Assembly: GCF_964355755.1 (NCBI RefSeq)
Contig: NC_092676.1
Span: forward strand, 21,346,871-21,410,870
Direction: 5' to 3'
DNA: 64,000 bases
From: Antedon mediterranea
Taxonomy: Eukaryota; Animalia; Echinodermata
Shown piece after piece: positions 16,401-28,899 of the stretch. The notes beneath the pieces were generated by a model, which worked only from the letters and a program-made list of their open reading frames with translations, had not been told where the DNA came from and ran no database searches. Positions within the stretch are counted from its first letter, which is position 1; every line of letters starts with the position of its first letter. Made by a program: the position numbers and the translations under genes.

Positions 16401-19400
16401 CACTAATACGCATAACAAGAGCGTAAACACAATGTAAGGGATATGTCCAATCAAAAGTGACGTACAGAATCATCTAAACTATAGCTTCTGATTTGTAAAT
16501 GCATCGTGTATCCATCTTAAAGGTCTGTGAGATTTAATATCATATTACTACTATATTTCTTGCACATCACAATTTATTGGCAAACTAGTTTGATAGTCTT
16601 AAATTATATTTCAAACTGAATTTTCATCATGTAAATAACTATAATTGGTTTTGTTAAGTTATTATGAAGGTAAAACCAAGATCCACCAATCTCTATGTGA
16701 TTCAATTGATACACGCTCAGCTATGGAAGCAATGCGGCTACTGATAACACAATGTAACATATACATACAAGAGAAACGTTCATCTAAACAGGTTCCCAAT
16801 GCAAAACTGCTAGAAGGAATTGCCAAGTATCTTACACGACTTATGAAGGTAAGTTGATAATCTAATGCTGAGTTATAAAACAGGACAGTGGGAGAACGAC
16901 TAGTCGGATGCAATAGGCTCCAATCTTACTTGGCATACGTTCGATTTTGTTCAGTATTAATTTATAGAACAAATAAAAAGTAACTAAAACTACTAAGTAC
17001 AGTTTTCTACAGTCTCTCTAATCTGGATGATAGAAGCACAGCACATTAATAATAGTCATCATCATCCCATTTCACTAAACTAGAGCCATTTTTCTTTTAT
17101 TTATTTGCAAAGGACCAGTCAATTTCCTGATTCATTAATAACATTTTCTTTTCTGGGTGTTAATATAATATATACGAATTTGTAAAGCGCCAATTCCAGC
17201 AACAAGTGATCAAAGGTGCTGTGGACTTAGATGTTATACCTTTACCTTATACCAACAATATTCTTTTCCCCTAAGGGTCCCATCGTGTCATCGGCAGCCA
17301 ACTACGGCGCCATTACGTCTGTCCACAACAGTGTGTGTGTGTATGAACTAGTACACTGGGGTAACCCCCTACTCGTCTCGAAAGATGTACTAGGTTCTTT
17401 AAAGTGCACATGAGCCAGATGTACACTGGACCTACGGTTTATAGTCCTTATCCGAGAAGAACACCAGAACCATGGAGCGAGTGAGCCTCGTACTCTTGCC
17501 GATGTTATGGCTATGGATTACAGTTCCACTGTCTTAACGCTCGGCCCCACTCACCCTTGTATTGTTAAAAACAATAGCAAAGAAAAATGTTTCAGTTGTA
17601 AAACATTAAAAATATATTTGTGTTCCCCTTTGACCCTCTATTACCCTTTTTTAGTTACTTTACATAAAATTGTACAATGAGGGGAGTTACACCATAGCAA
17701 TTTTAAACAAGATTATACTGTACTTTTATTTGTTTGTCTTTATTTATACTTAGGTTTTTGGTGCAATATCTGGGGATGAACTAATAGGTTTCCCTATTGC
17801 TGGTGGAACACAGAATGCAAATGTAAGTTAGTATTCACATCTTATAATCGATGCAAAGAGCATTAATGCAAAAATCAATTAAATATTTTAGAAAAAGTGT
17901 TATCTTGATTGATACGCCAATTTTTACAATCACTGGAACTAACTATATTAGTTTAAAAAAATAAATATATTTATGTTTTGTTCGGTACACACAGGTAGAG
18001 GAAACTGTTATGCCGTATTTACAAACGCTATCAGAATTCCGTGGACAAGTTAGAAAAATTGCAAGGGAACAAAAATGTGAGTTTTAAAACGTTAAACGTA
18101 CACAATGTTTTGTTTATGTATAATTCATTATTTTTAATAAACACACAGCTAGACTGTATTTGTAGAGGTAGCAAACACATCTAAAGATGAACTGGATGTC
18201 ACAATGGCAGATAAGAAGTTATGGAGGAATCTAGTCATATATTATGTTTGGCTATGTCTCGAACTAAGTAATGCGAATATTACATTAAAAAAATTTCATA
18301 TAGCAATGGACATTTTAAAACTGTGTGACAGTCTACGAGATGATGTGTTACCAGAACTTGGAGTGAGGTTAGAAGACAGAGAAGGAGTTGCAGCAGTCAT
18401 TAAGCTAGATGACAGAGAGACGCTCTTGAAAGAAAGAGAATTGGCATTGAAGGTATGGCACTAATAACAGTAACACGAAACAATTATGTAAGTGTAAATT
18501 ACAATCGGGAAACAAATGTAAAATTGTAAGTATTGCATTGCACAAGTATGAATGCACTTTTATAAAGGAAACTGAGTAACGATTTTGATTTCTTATCTGT
18601 TCAGGTTTTTAGCTGGTCTTTAGTTAGTCTTAATTAAAATATGTTTCGTTTTTAATTTTTTTAAATTATTTATACTGTACTGGTTGGCCCAATACAAGAT
18701 AAGCATACTGAAAGACGACCTACACTTTCCTAATAAGTGTGTTGATTTCAAATAGTCATTTTGTAAATTTATCTTTTGACTTGCCACTTACCAAGAATTG
18801 TTTAGCAAGAAAAAAAAAATACCGAATTAGATATAAATGCTTCTCCAAAATTTTAAAATGTTAGAGTTCATCTAAAATGGTAATCTATTAAAATTAATCT
18901 TTCTTTTTTAAACTTCTCTAACAGGAAGCAGAAAAGAAACGAAAAGCGAAAGAAGAAGCAAAAAGAAAGGAACAAGAGAGACAAGCAGCTAAAGACGCAC
19001 AAAGACGGATCCCTCCACAGGAGATGTTCAAGAAAGAAGCTGATAAATACTCGCAGTTTGATGATAAGGTATCCATAATGACGACATACCCGGGCCGGAT
19101 TTAGAGGTGTAGATTGGCTATTGCATGTTCCTCTAGGCCTACTATAACTAAGTAGTGTTTTTCTTTTTATTTGTCCTCTCTGTGTCCTAATTTTAACAGA
19201 ACACCACGGTAACTCCCTACCCATAAAAAAAGATGGGATGGGTAGTTCCAGATTTGTTCCACAACCAGAACTATAAATGAGAGAAACTCAAATTTTAAGA
19301 CTATATTCTTATACTCCATCAAAAATGGTACCTACCTACCGTACTATGTTATTTTTTTCTCTCCACCAGGGCATGCCAACACATGACAACAAAGGAGAAC

Positions 19401-19498
19401 CTCTCAGTGCTAAACAAGTCAAGAAACTAGCCAAGGCTTATCAACAGCAAGAAAAACTCCACAATGACTGGCTAAAATCTGCCAATAATGGCAGTTAA
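7496..19498 (+). CDS. CARS1: Cytoplasmic cysteinyl-tRNA synthetase, 16 coding exons: 7496-7505, 8352-8529, 10591-10786, 11274-11423, 11953-12093, 13293-13381, 13703-13937, 14872-15000, 15409-15642, 16049-16149, 16659-16848, 17754-17822, 17995-18076, 18304-18452, 18925-19068, 19370-19498
   Basis: Motifs [17 protein letters not shown] (HIGH-like), [69 protein letters not shown] and the eukaryotic C-terminus GMPTHD. All introns are GT-AG with compatible phases. Confidence 0.97.
8764..10392. mobile_element. Non-autonomous DNA transposon with TTAA target duplication (Kolobok-like), in CARS1 intron 2
   Basis: Terminal inverted repeats aggggga-ttctgggtttaaaat and attttaaacccggaa-cccccct, flanked by TTAA at 8760-8763 and 10393-10396. 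No transposase ORF seen. Confidence 0.8.
12225..13055. mobile_element. PIF/Harbinger-type MITE with TTA target duplication
   Basis: Ends gggtatgt...acataccc flanked by TTA on both sides. Subterminal inverted blocks ggagttatgtacgc and gcgtagataactcc. Confidence 0.7.
13462..13635 (-). mobile_element. tRNA-derived Deu/Nin-domain SINE, internally deleted
   Basis: Homologous to 17270-17556 and 40932-41197. Confidence 0.8.
14320..14800 (+). mobile_element. Non-autonomous Helitron-like element (copy 1)
   Basis: A|TCTATTATTATATAAA...CATCTAG|T termini, no target duplication, short hairpin (tggaa-ca-ttcca) near the 3' end. About 460 bp is shared with 51383-51848. Confidence 0.7.
17270..17556 (-). mobile_element. 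tRNA-derived Deu/Nin-domain SINE
   Basis: Homologous to 40932-41197, with A-box-like head on the minus strand and core ggataaggactataaaccgtagg...ctttaaagaacc...gagtagggggttacccc. Confidence 0.8.
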
Positions 19499-19665
19499 TG
19501 TTAGATAGAGATTTTATGTATTTGTGGACTGTGATAATATATTGACGACTAGAATTTGTGGGAGTTTGTCTTTGAGATTGTATCAGCAGGGCAATGTTGG
19601 TTGGTAGAGTTGCAATGGTGTCTTCCAAGATTAGCTTTTGATGTTGTGTCAGGACATCATCTGAT

Positions 19666-19705
19666 CAGGGAAGAGTTAAATGACAGTTAATTTAACTCTT
19701 CCCTG
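19666..19705. mobile_element. 40-bp palindromic insertion in the CARS1 3' UTR with 16-bp inverted ends and 7-bp direct flanks
   Basis: cagggaagagttaaat-gacagtta-atttaactcttccctg flanked by atctgat at 19659-19665 and 19706-19712. It is absent from the duplicate sequence near 38950. Confidence 0.8.
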
Positions 19706-20520
19706 ATCTGATTCTGTGATATCCTGCCACAGCCACAGTGCTGACTCTTGGTAGAAGTGACAATACATCATGTAACAGTGGGTTGGTAAACTTTTAATGA
19801 GTTGTCCAATCACACGATGAGGTGCTTCAGATTTTAGAATGGTCATGACCTCAATTTTAAGAGAATTGCTGGTTACATTTTACTTTAATTTAAATAATTA
19901 TTAATAATCAAAATAAATATTTATATAGCTCCAATTCATGTATAAAAAGGTGTTGGTTGACAAACTTAAACTCATTAACATTTCTGAAATATTTTGTGTT
20001 TTACATTATTAAAGTTCAAACAGAAAGAGGAAGATAGTTTTCCAAAAGCAAGACAATAATATGTATTATATCTAGTATGTAACAGTATAATCCAAATTTT
20101 AAAGCTATCTGATATTTATTTTTTGGAAATTTGTTGGATGACTTACCAAATTTAATGTCCTATTGTATTTGATGATGGGAATCTGTTAACTAATTCTCTT
20201 GATTATTATTAGCTTCTTTAAACAAATTATTCCAATTGAAAATATTGTTAATAGACCATCATTTTCTGTCGAAAATCGAAAATTCTTTCCATTCTTGAAT
20301 TACGTTTCTCCCTCTATTGTCGTCATATATTTATTTAACTATAAGTTAGTACTGACTGTACTAAGGTCTACTTAATTGTGTTTTTTTCTGAAATATACCA
20401 ACATGTAATTGAAGAATATGTACAAGCCTAATATATTTTAACTGATTCTAATATCACTGGCATGGACACTTTATAAAAAAGTTGACCACCTTTATACATA
20501 CGGGTGTTTGATTTTAAATA

Positions 20521-20804
20521 GGAGTGTATTAACAGAGTCTACACTGCAGCAGTCCATTGTTGACCATGATAGATGCATTGTATGCCGAGACCTTTGAGTA
20601 TAAAGGAAAACGTTACAAGATCGCTTTTCAGAATAGAATCAATCCAGATATTGATGGTGGTCACATGAAACACATGAAAATCATTCCAAAAGAACGTACA
20701 GAAGTTGGGGCTGACTACTGGGTTTCACTAATGGAAGACCCAACAGAGAAAATAATGATATCAGACCATACGTTATTATCATTAAACTTAAGATTGACAA
20801 ATAA
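20521..20804 (+). pseudogene. 5'-deleted, frameshifted paralog of the Ubl-ART gene (C-terminal ART portion only)
   Basis: SSPLLTMIDALYAETFEYKGKRYKIAFQNRINPDIDGGHMK...ADYWVSLMEDPTE then a frameshift to DIRPYVIIIKLKIDK*; colinear with 42369-42634. Confidence 0.88.
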
Positions 20805-20944
20805 AAATCCTAAAATCTGATCCATTTTATGATCTTGGACACAATTCAACGACATAGGCGCAACGCAAATGATTTGACCAACCACAAGATTCACCGAGTT
20901 GTGTGTCAAATTCCTTGAGTTGCTCTAGCGTCCTAGTTAATGAT

Positions 20945-21062
20945 TGGTTCCCACTAGAGAAGCAACACAGGGACGTAACGCAATTGACCAATCACAATTG
21001 CGATGTCGCTTGTCATGATTTTACGTCCTCGCTAGTGGGAACCAAGCTTTAGTGGGAACCAA
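20945..21062. mobile_element. Short palindromic MITE family; other copies at about 34817-34977, 38235-38773 (split), 42690-42802 and 45600-45640
   Basis: ggttcccactag...ttgaccaat...gattggtcaa...ctagtgggaacc inverted structure recurs across the window. Confidence 0.7.
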
Positions 21063-23129
21063 CCAATGCAATCTAACAACAGGACACTGAGCTCGCTTGC
21101 CAAGATAGGATATCGTAACATACTTTGATCTGCGGTAAGGCTTCGAGGTATTCATATAAAGCCGTCGAATTCTAAGATAACACCATACGTTGAATTGTTT
21201 TTTGTTATTTAATTGTGTTTCGGTATTTTAAAAGGTCGTATGTGTCTGATTTTTTTACGAATATAAAGTTTAATAGGCATCTACATTTTAAAATTGATTT
21301 GATCGAAGTAGACACAATATTTCAGATTTAACAGTTATTTTAAGTTTTTTTATATTTTTTGCCGTGAATTGAAATTCATGTTTACCGTTAACCTACATTG
21401 CAACGGATTATGGACGGTACCGTTTTGGTACCCACTGGTGACTGCCACTAAACATTTGAGGAAGCCAATTGGACAACCGAAAATCAGTCAATCGTTTAAG
21501 GGGGCGGAGACTGATCGTTCCGAAACTAGAAACTGGCCAATCTCAGCGTCCTGTTGATTGAATAAGAAAATAATTGTTTTTACTTATTTCTTCAACACGA
21601 ACTCTAGGCATACAACTCAGACCGTACCAAGGTCATCTTAACTCCAACTGAACCTTTGTGAAAGTACCAGAAAGCCCGTTGTTTTTACTTATTCTTCGAC
21701 TCTTCAACCTACCAGACAATACCAAACTCATTTTAAGTAATTCAAACTGTTCCTTTGTAAAAGTACTAGACTGCGATTTTTAGAATTCCAACTAGACCCA
21801 TTAAAAAAAGGACCAGCAAACTGACTTTTCTGAAAGCTCCACTATACCTTTTTTTGAAAACTGGTACAATAAAAGAAGAAAGTACTACTCTAGGCTGCCC
21901 TTTATGGAATATTTTGCCAATATTTGTTACGGAAGATATTTTGATTTTCTTTCAGTAAAGAAAGACCGATTTTCCAATGTTTGCCAATGTAGACTAGTTG
22001 ACAACTTCTGAAAACTGCAGAAACCTAGTTTATAGAAGATCTACATATTTGAGATTTTTTTGAATAGAATAGGGGAACTCATCAAATGATGGAACGTAAT
22101 TCAAAACAAACAGCATGCTTGCACTACAATTTTTCTAGGCTGCTTCAGCAGCAAACGCAAGGCATTGTTATAGAATACTTTCAACGATATAGAATGATCA
22201 ACATTCCTCATTGAGGGTAATATAATAAAATTATCTTTTAATTGAAATTGACAAATATTCAGTACAAAAATATGAATCAATATACCCGTTCATAACATTT
22301 TCAAGAAAAATACATTTATACTGAATACATACATGTTCAAACTTGATCATTTGATATGATGATAAGAAGATGTCATTGTTTCTTGACGATCACGATTACA
22401 CAATAAATACAGCAAAGTTACCGTTTTAAATAATTTGTTTTCAATACTAAAATATAGTTATTGTTATACTATTGATCCCGTTAGCAAGACAAAAATAGAA
22501 ATAACGAATAGAAAAGACCTTTAGAAGAATTGAGGCACTTCCTGCAGTGACATACATAATGCATGATGATATGCTATATAAAGATAGGGTGGAGTGAAAT
22601 CAAACACTGTGAATTGGTCCTCGTTACGATAAGTACATTGTGGTGCACAAAAATACCTTTACTATTAGTATTAATATATCTTACTTCACTACTGTAGTAA
22701 TGCATTTACTTTTATTCAATATTGTATAATATTAGACATGTTTATCATTTTTTTTATATTCAGTGGTATTACAGCTTCTACGAAAACAATACACAATATA
22801 AACTGTTATATACCGTGGCACTTTAAATGTGCGTAATGTTTCTGGCGTTTATATTTCAGCTTGGTGAGATTTTAAAGTAACGAATTTATTGTATGAAAAG
22901 TATGCCTACAAAATCCAGTACATTACATTTCCCTGACGTAGATGTTTTGACTGGATTGAGTTTCATACAATTTTATTTCTTTGATTTTTTTTTTTCATTT
23001 TTTTTTTTATTAAGCCAAGGGATAATTACAACGATAGAGATAATAAAAAAGGAGAAATAGGTCTTTATATTTCTAACACTATTAAATTTACCTTTCTCAA
23101 ATATAACAATTCTTTATTACAACAACAAA

Positions 23130-24300
23130 TTCGATTTTAGGAAAGGGTACAATACTCTCATGGTCTTTATCGATCTTACCAATAAAATCGTAGATGCATT
23201 TGAAAATGAACAGTTTGCAATCGGCTTTTGACACCATTGACCATAAAATTCTAAAATACGCGGCACCGCACTTAATCTCTTCCAAAGTTATTTTTCAGAT
23301 CGTGGCCACTGCACAACATATTTTAAATCTAACTTGAGTCCTTTTTGTTTTTTTAATTTATTTCCTGTAGGCCTATTTCATTTCATAAAACAATATAAAT
23401 ATTACATTACTCGGTTACATTACACATTAATACAAAATTTAGCTTGAGTCTTATCACAATGGGGTGTTTCACAGGGTGTGTTACTTTAGTCCGCTTCTTG
23501 TATTCTTTATATTAATGATACACATTTGTCTTCAAGACTGTTTTCTGTTTTTCTCTACGCGGACGACACCACTGTATTTTATTTAGGCAATCATATCAAT
23601 CATCTTGCTGATACCTTGTTAAAACATTATCAATTAATTACACAATATGCAGCTTCATTCTGTTTCGAACACCACCTATTTTCAACCTAACATTAGATAC
23701 TGGTCTTAAATTGTGAAATAGTTATATCTGTAAATAAATACTTGTTTTCTAATAAGAATATAAAAAACACATTAAAATTTCAATTTATAATGTGGTTTTT
23801 TTTTCAATTAAAATTATAAATATACTTTGCATCTCCCATTCTCTTCGGTACGGTACTTGATAAAACAATAATAAAAACACCATTGGTGGAGTAATTTATC
23901 TTCCTCCAAACCAATACTGTAAATTATTAAATGATCTTTCTCTTGTCTTGCAAGCAATTAATAATGAAAAGAAAGTATCTTACCATATATAGGTGACATG
24001 TATGTTTACAACACTATTCTGATGACCATGATATAGCAGGCGAAACTTGAAACGTTATCAAAAAGTAATTTAAGTAATGAATATAATTTGAGAATGACAC
24101 GTTTATAATATGTTCTATTTACAAGATTAATCAGAAATCAATTTTTGGTTTCAATAACTGGACCTAAAATTTGTAATGATCTCCTCGTTAAAATAAAACT
24201 TTCTGTATCTTTATTTAATTTAAAAAAAATCTGTAAAACGTTAATACTATTAGCCACTTAAACAACTTAACGTTTGTTATGCTCAATATTTTATCTCTCT
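23130..24300 (+). mobile_element. Heavily decayed non-LTR retrotransposon (CR1/L2 group) RT remnants
   Basis: Fragments SAFDTIDHKIL (about 23220), ILYIND...LFSVFLYADDTTVF (about 23500-23580), GVIYLPPN and SITGPKI. Many stops and frameshifts. Confidence 0.75.
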
Positions 24301-24639
24301 CTCTTTTTAACTATTTTTTGTTTTGTTTATTGTTTATGTTTCTTTTTATGTATTATGCATATTTGCATTCATTGTAGGGGCCCTCATGAGACAAGCTTTT
24401 GCTTCTAGTGCGGATCCCAATTATTACCGTATTGTTATAACTGTATAAATGTGTAGAAAAGGCAATCCGTGAGTATCAAAGCATTGACAATCTTGGATTT
24501 CTCTGCAGTCGCGACAAGCTAAGGATAAACTTCGACAAGGCATTGCGTTGTAGAAATACATTTTTGATCGCCAAATCTTAGAACCATATACGCATTATAT
24601 ATTGTATAACAAGTAAAAATCTGTATGTATGTTATTCTG

Positions 24640-25635
24640 GGGTCTAGGACAACTACCATTTGGACAACTACCACCCGGACAACTACCACCCGGACAAAAA
24701 CCTCCTGGACAATCACCCTCCTAGGACAACTACCCTCTAGGACAATTACCCCCTAGGACAACCCTAATCAGCGTGATTCTGCTGTCAGTAAACTTGAATC
24801 CTGTATTGCCGAAGTCAGAGCATGGGGTGTCAATCTAACAACCTGGTTATGAATGATGCTAAAACAGAACTTATTCATTTTTCTTCTCGTTTTAAGTCTG
24901 CCTGCTGGACTGCCTCTGTTAAGATTGGTAATTAAAGTATAAATTATAATTATACTTTATAGCTTACCAGCAAAGGATATCTCTAAAATTCAGCGAGTCC
25001 AGAACATAGCTGCCCGATTGGTCGTTCAAAGCCCCACAAGGCAACATATCACACCTGTGCTGAGACAACTTCATTGGTAACACAAGGAATTACCTTCAAG
25101 ATCCTGCTATTTGTTTTCAAAGTTCTTAATAATTCTTCATCTAAGTTCATTTCTGAACTTATTCAACCTTATGTTGCTAAGCTGTCTCTGAGATCTGGAT
25201 CTGAGTCTCTTCTTGCCCATATATTTCATCCTTCCACTAAATTTTCTTCGGCATCCGTTTCTCTATGGAATGCGTTGCCTATAGAAATCCGTCAGGTTAC
25301 TTTCACCAGTGTCTTCAAATCTCTCCTCAAAACCCACCTTAATTTGTCTGTCTTTGTAAAGCGCATTGAGGCTTTCAGCATAATGCGCTATATCAAGTAC
25401 CAGTTATTATTATTAACTACCTCCTAGGAGGGTAGTTGTCCTAGAGGGTAGTTGTCCTAGGGGGTAGTTGTCCTAGGGGGTAGTTGTCCGGGTGGGAGTT
25501 GTCCTAAGGGAGTAGTTGTCCTGAGGGTAATTGTCCTAGGGAGAAATTGTCCGGGTGGTAGTTGTCCTAGGGGGTCATTGTCCGGGTGGTAGTCGTCCGG
25601 GTGGTAATTGTCCAGGGGGTAGTTGTCCGGATACG
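24640..25635. mobile_element. Foldback/MULE-like element with tandemly repetitive inverted arms and 9-bp target duplication
   Basis: Arrays of about 15-16-bp ggacaactaccaccc units (24645-24765) are inverted relative to gggtagttgtcc arrays (25420-25632). Exact gttattctg at 24631-24639 and 25636-25644. Confidence 0.85.
24766..25414 (+). mobile_element. 3' fragment of an L2-clade LINE nested in the foldback element
   Basis: LESCIAEVRAW, LVMNDAKTELIHF, KIQRVQNIAARLV, HITPVLRQLHW, LWNALPIEIR..FKSLLKTHL, ending in a (TTA)n tail. Confidence 0.85.
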
Positions 25636-25819
25636 GTTATTCTGCCCTGCAGTCAGGACATTGTCAAAGATTCCCACTTTAAACTTATTTGAGTAGGAAC
25701 TTGCCTTTGTTAGAGATTTAATTACTTGGGTCATACTTTGACACCCGATTTGAAAGATGATACGGATACCAAACGACAGTACAGGTCATTGTGTGCATTA
25801 GAGCTAATACTCTATGTAG

Positions 25820-26640
25820 CTCACCGTACACCACTCTAAATGAGTGGTGCAAGAGGCAGGTGGGCCGGTCGTGGCCCTCTAGCCTCCCTCGTCTTCTGAA
25901 ATTGTCTTTTAAATACAGTAGTATGGTTGTGTCGACTTCTACTGTACTGGCAGGGAGAGCATTCCATGAATTTACGACTCGTAGGGTAAAACAATGATTT
26001 AATCGAGCATCTTTTTCAATTATATATTTATGACCCATAGTGGCGGTATTGTCAGACTTTTGAAAAAAAGTAAATCACAATCAATAGCCTCTTTGTTGAA
26101 AAGAATATTATATGTTTGAATCATTCTTTCTTCTAAGATTGTTAAATTAAAACTTTTAACCCATCTACATAGGGCATGCCATGCAAACTAGGCGGTTTCC
26201 TAGTTGCTCTCCGCTGAACTATTTCTAATAAAAGAATGTCTTTCCTTAGTTGAAGAGACCATGCCTGGTCCAGAATCGACCTCGGAATGCACACGTCCAA
26301 ACAATTTAATGTCATCAGCAAATTTCAACATTCAATACCATGAGCCAAAACTTACTACCTTACATGAGAAACTTTAACGAAGGCCTTTTGAAAGTCAAAA
26401 TAAATTACATCTACTGGTAAACCCTGGTCAATATCATATGTCACCTTCTCAAGAAACATAAGTAAATTTGTCAGACAAGATCTTCCTTTCAAGAACCCAT
26501 GTTGGGATTTATTCAGTAAATGTAATGAGTCAAAGATGATCAATAATATCATCCCTCGGGACAGATTCCATCAATTTACAAAAATGGGAAGTTAAACTAA
26601 CAGGCACATAGTTTGCCGTTGATTTCTTAGAGCTTTCTTC
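25820..26640 (-). mobile_element. CR1 LINE reverse-transcriptase fragments (3' part)
   Basis: NYVPVSLTSHFCKLMES, SQHGFLKGRSCLTNLL, VDVIYFDFQKAF, FADDIKL, FTLRVVNSWNALP. Confidence 0.88.
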
Positions 26641-26645
26641 CATAA

Positions 26646-27900
26646 AGGCCGGTGCACACCAAACGCGAAGCCGCGAATTTCGCGTTAAAAAGTGACGCAC
26701 GTGGCAGGCAACGGACGCTTCCAGTGTGAACATATATACAAGCGATCGAACAGTGTACGATAGTCGAATTTCAACTTCAACGCGTTGAAAACGACAGCAG
26801 CGAAGGCTTCGCACGCGAATTTTCAAAAGTTGAACCGTGGTGGTCAACTTTTTGAGGCGTCGCGAGCGCGGTTCGCGTTCGTCAACCAATCAGAAGTCAG
26901 GAATATCTCTCTCATCGACGACACACCGACGGCAAAAAAATGGTGGCTGACGAGCGAGGTCTTTATGGAAATACTTTGTCATATACCCTTCTTGTCTTTA
27001 CGATAAAGGAAGTAAGTCATACACAGAATAAGGATTAATGCATGAAGACAATAATTTCAGACAAACATCTGTGTAGAAGAATGCCAGAAAAACTAGGCCT
27101 AAAACGCGTCAGAGATCAATTTGTAAAGTGAGTTGGCAAGCCTTCTATTTCTAGCCTACCTAGGGCTAGGCGCGCCTAGCCTAGGTTTAGGCCATACTAG
27201 GGCCAGCTAGGCCTACCTAGCCTAGGCTACATATACCCTAGTAGGCTAGGCCAATGCAAGTAGTACTTATAGGCCTACATAATACTTACTAATCCCTACT
27301 AGTCTACTATGTGCTAGGCCTAGCCTAGGTTAAGCCTACTACTAAATATGAGTACAGACTACAGTACTAGGCCTAGTAGGCCTAGAGCCAGGCTAGGCTA
27401 GGCCTAGCCTACTTATTATTATCAATTAATTAATATTTATAGGCCTAATATTTAGTTGATTTAGTGTTGTAAGGCTAGGATAGGCCTAGTATATTAATAC
27501 ATAAATACTGTTAATTGTTTTTGTTTAGGTCAATTAGATGAACATTGATAAATGGGATCCTTCAGGCTATATAATTACCAGCGTTACAAACTCCACCAAT
27601 GACCAAGCTAGTAGTTTAAGCGGCCAGTATATTATTGCCATGGAATTAAGAGCAATTTCTCCTCAAAAACGTGGACTGGCAATTATGAGGCTGATACAGG
27701 TTTGTATAGACTTTTTTCAAATGGGTATGTCAGTTGGTGACATACATTGGCCAGAAAAAATGATTTAAGCAATATGCCTTACTATAGCAATTTTTTAATA
27801 TTTTTCATTTTTTTTATAGAAAATGGAAGAGATTAAGGAGGAGTTGGACTGTAACTAGTATTTATTAAGTGGTTATAGAAGGAAAGCTGAACTGAATGTC
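26646..27900 (+). mobile_element. Harbinger-like element remnant with a decayed MADF/Myb-like ORF; right end not defined
   Basis: Starts taa|aggccggtgcacac. Around 26960-27060 it reads EVFMEIL...CLYDKGSKSY...NA*RQ, matching the MADF pattern CLYD..S..Y...NAW. It interrupts the CR1. Confidence 0.5.
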
Positions 27901-28899
27901 TTTTTTTAGCAATAGAGAACACGTGGAAATATATGTATATGTTTTGTTATACTCCAATACTAAAAAAATAGTCAAATTGGCTGCCAGCTAATGGAATTTT
28001 TTTTCATTTTATAAGTGAAAACATAAGTTTTTGGGTTTTTTTTTTCTATGTAAGTGATTAAATTTGTTAAAACTACAAAATGTCCTATTCAAATTTGATT
28101 TTAATCATCTTCATTTTTCATGATTCTATGGGACAATACATCTTTAAGTTTAGTGTCATTTTTTGGACAAGATATATTGTCTTCCTGAAAATATAATTTA
28201 AAACATTTTCGTTGTGTGTAATACAGTATAACACTTTAGGGTTAGTTATTCACTTTCAACAATAATAATATTTCTTCAATTTTCATTTTTTTTCGGATGA
28301 TACATTTTAAATTTATTATTTTGATATTATTTTGCGAAAGTATTCAGGAGTAGTAAAAAAGAAAATCTGGTTGATATTTAATGATACCTTTAAAAACAAT
28401 GATTCGCTATTTCAATAAGTGTATTTATGTGAAAAAGTCATAAGATAATATAGAGTGTAATGATTAATTATTTAATGATACCTTTAAAAACAATGATTCA
28501 CTATTTAAATAAGTGTATTTGAAAAAAAGTATTAAAGTAATATACAGTGTAAATATGAGTTTGGGATATTTATTACATTTAATCAAATGAGGAAAAACTA
28601 TGTTCTGTCATGAATAATATAATATTTAATAATGATTAGAAAATGAATGTGAAAACTTTACATTAATATATAGGCCTATAGTTTATATTTGAAAGTGACA
28701 AACTCATGAAGATTCCCAGTTCGTGTTTATATGAAATGTTTTATATGGTTATAATAAACCTCTGTTGAAAGATATTTGAAACACCACTAATAAATACAGT
28801 CAGCAGATCACATGTACGTGTAGTCAACATGCAATAAATGCTTTAATTCTTGTAACTGTGTTGATATTGGATACATCTTCTTCTGTCCTTGTGATATAT

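Noticed and set aside
21580-22250. Possible decayed coding sequence on the minus strand
   Set aside because: Some transposase-like fragments, but many stops and no motif I can name with confidence.
24645-25632. CRISPR-like or coding repeat (ORF 24519-24716)
   Set aside because: Short tandem units forming the inverted arms of a foldback element; no spacers.
28377-28560. About 102-bp direct duplication, plus small duplications at 10853-10894, 36818-36904 and 37668-37700
   Set aside because: Ordinary local slippage duplications with no sign of function.
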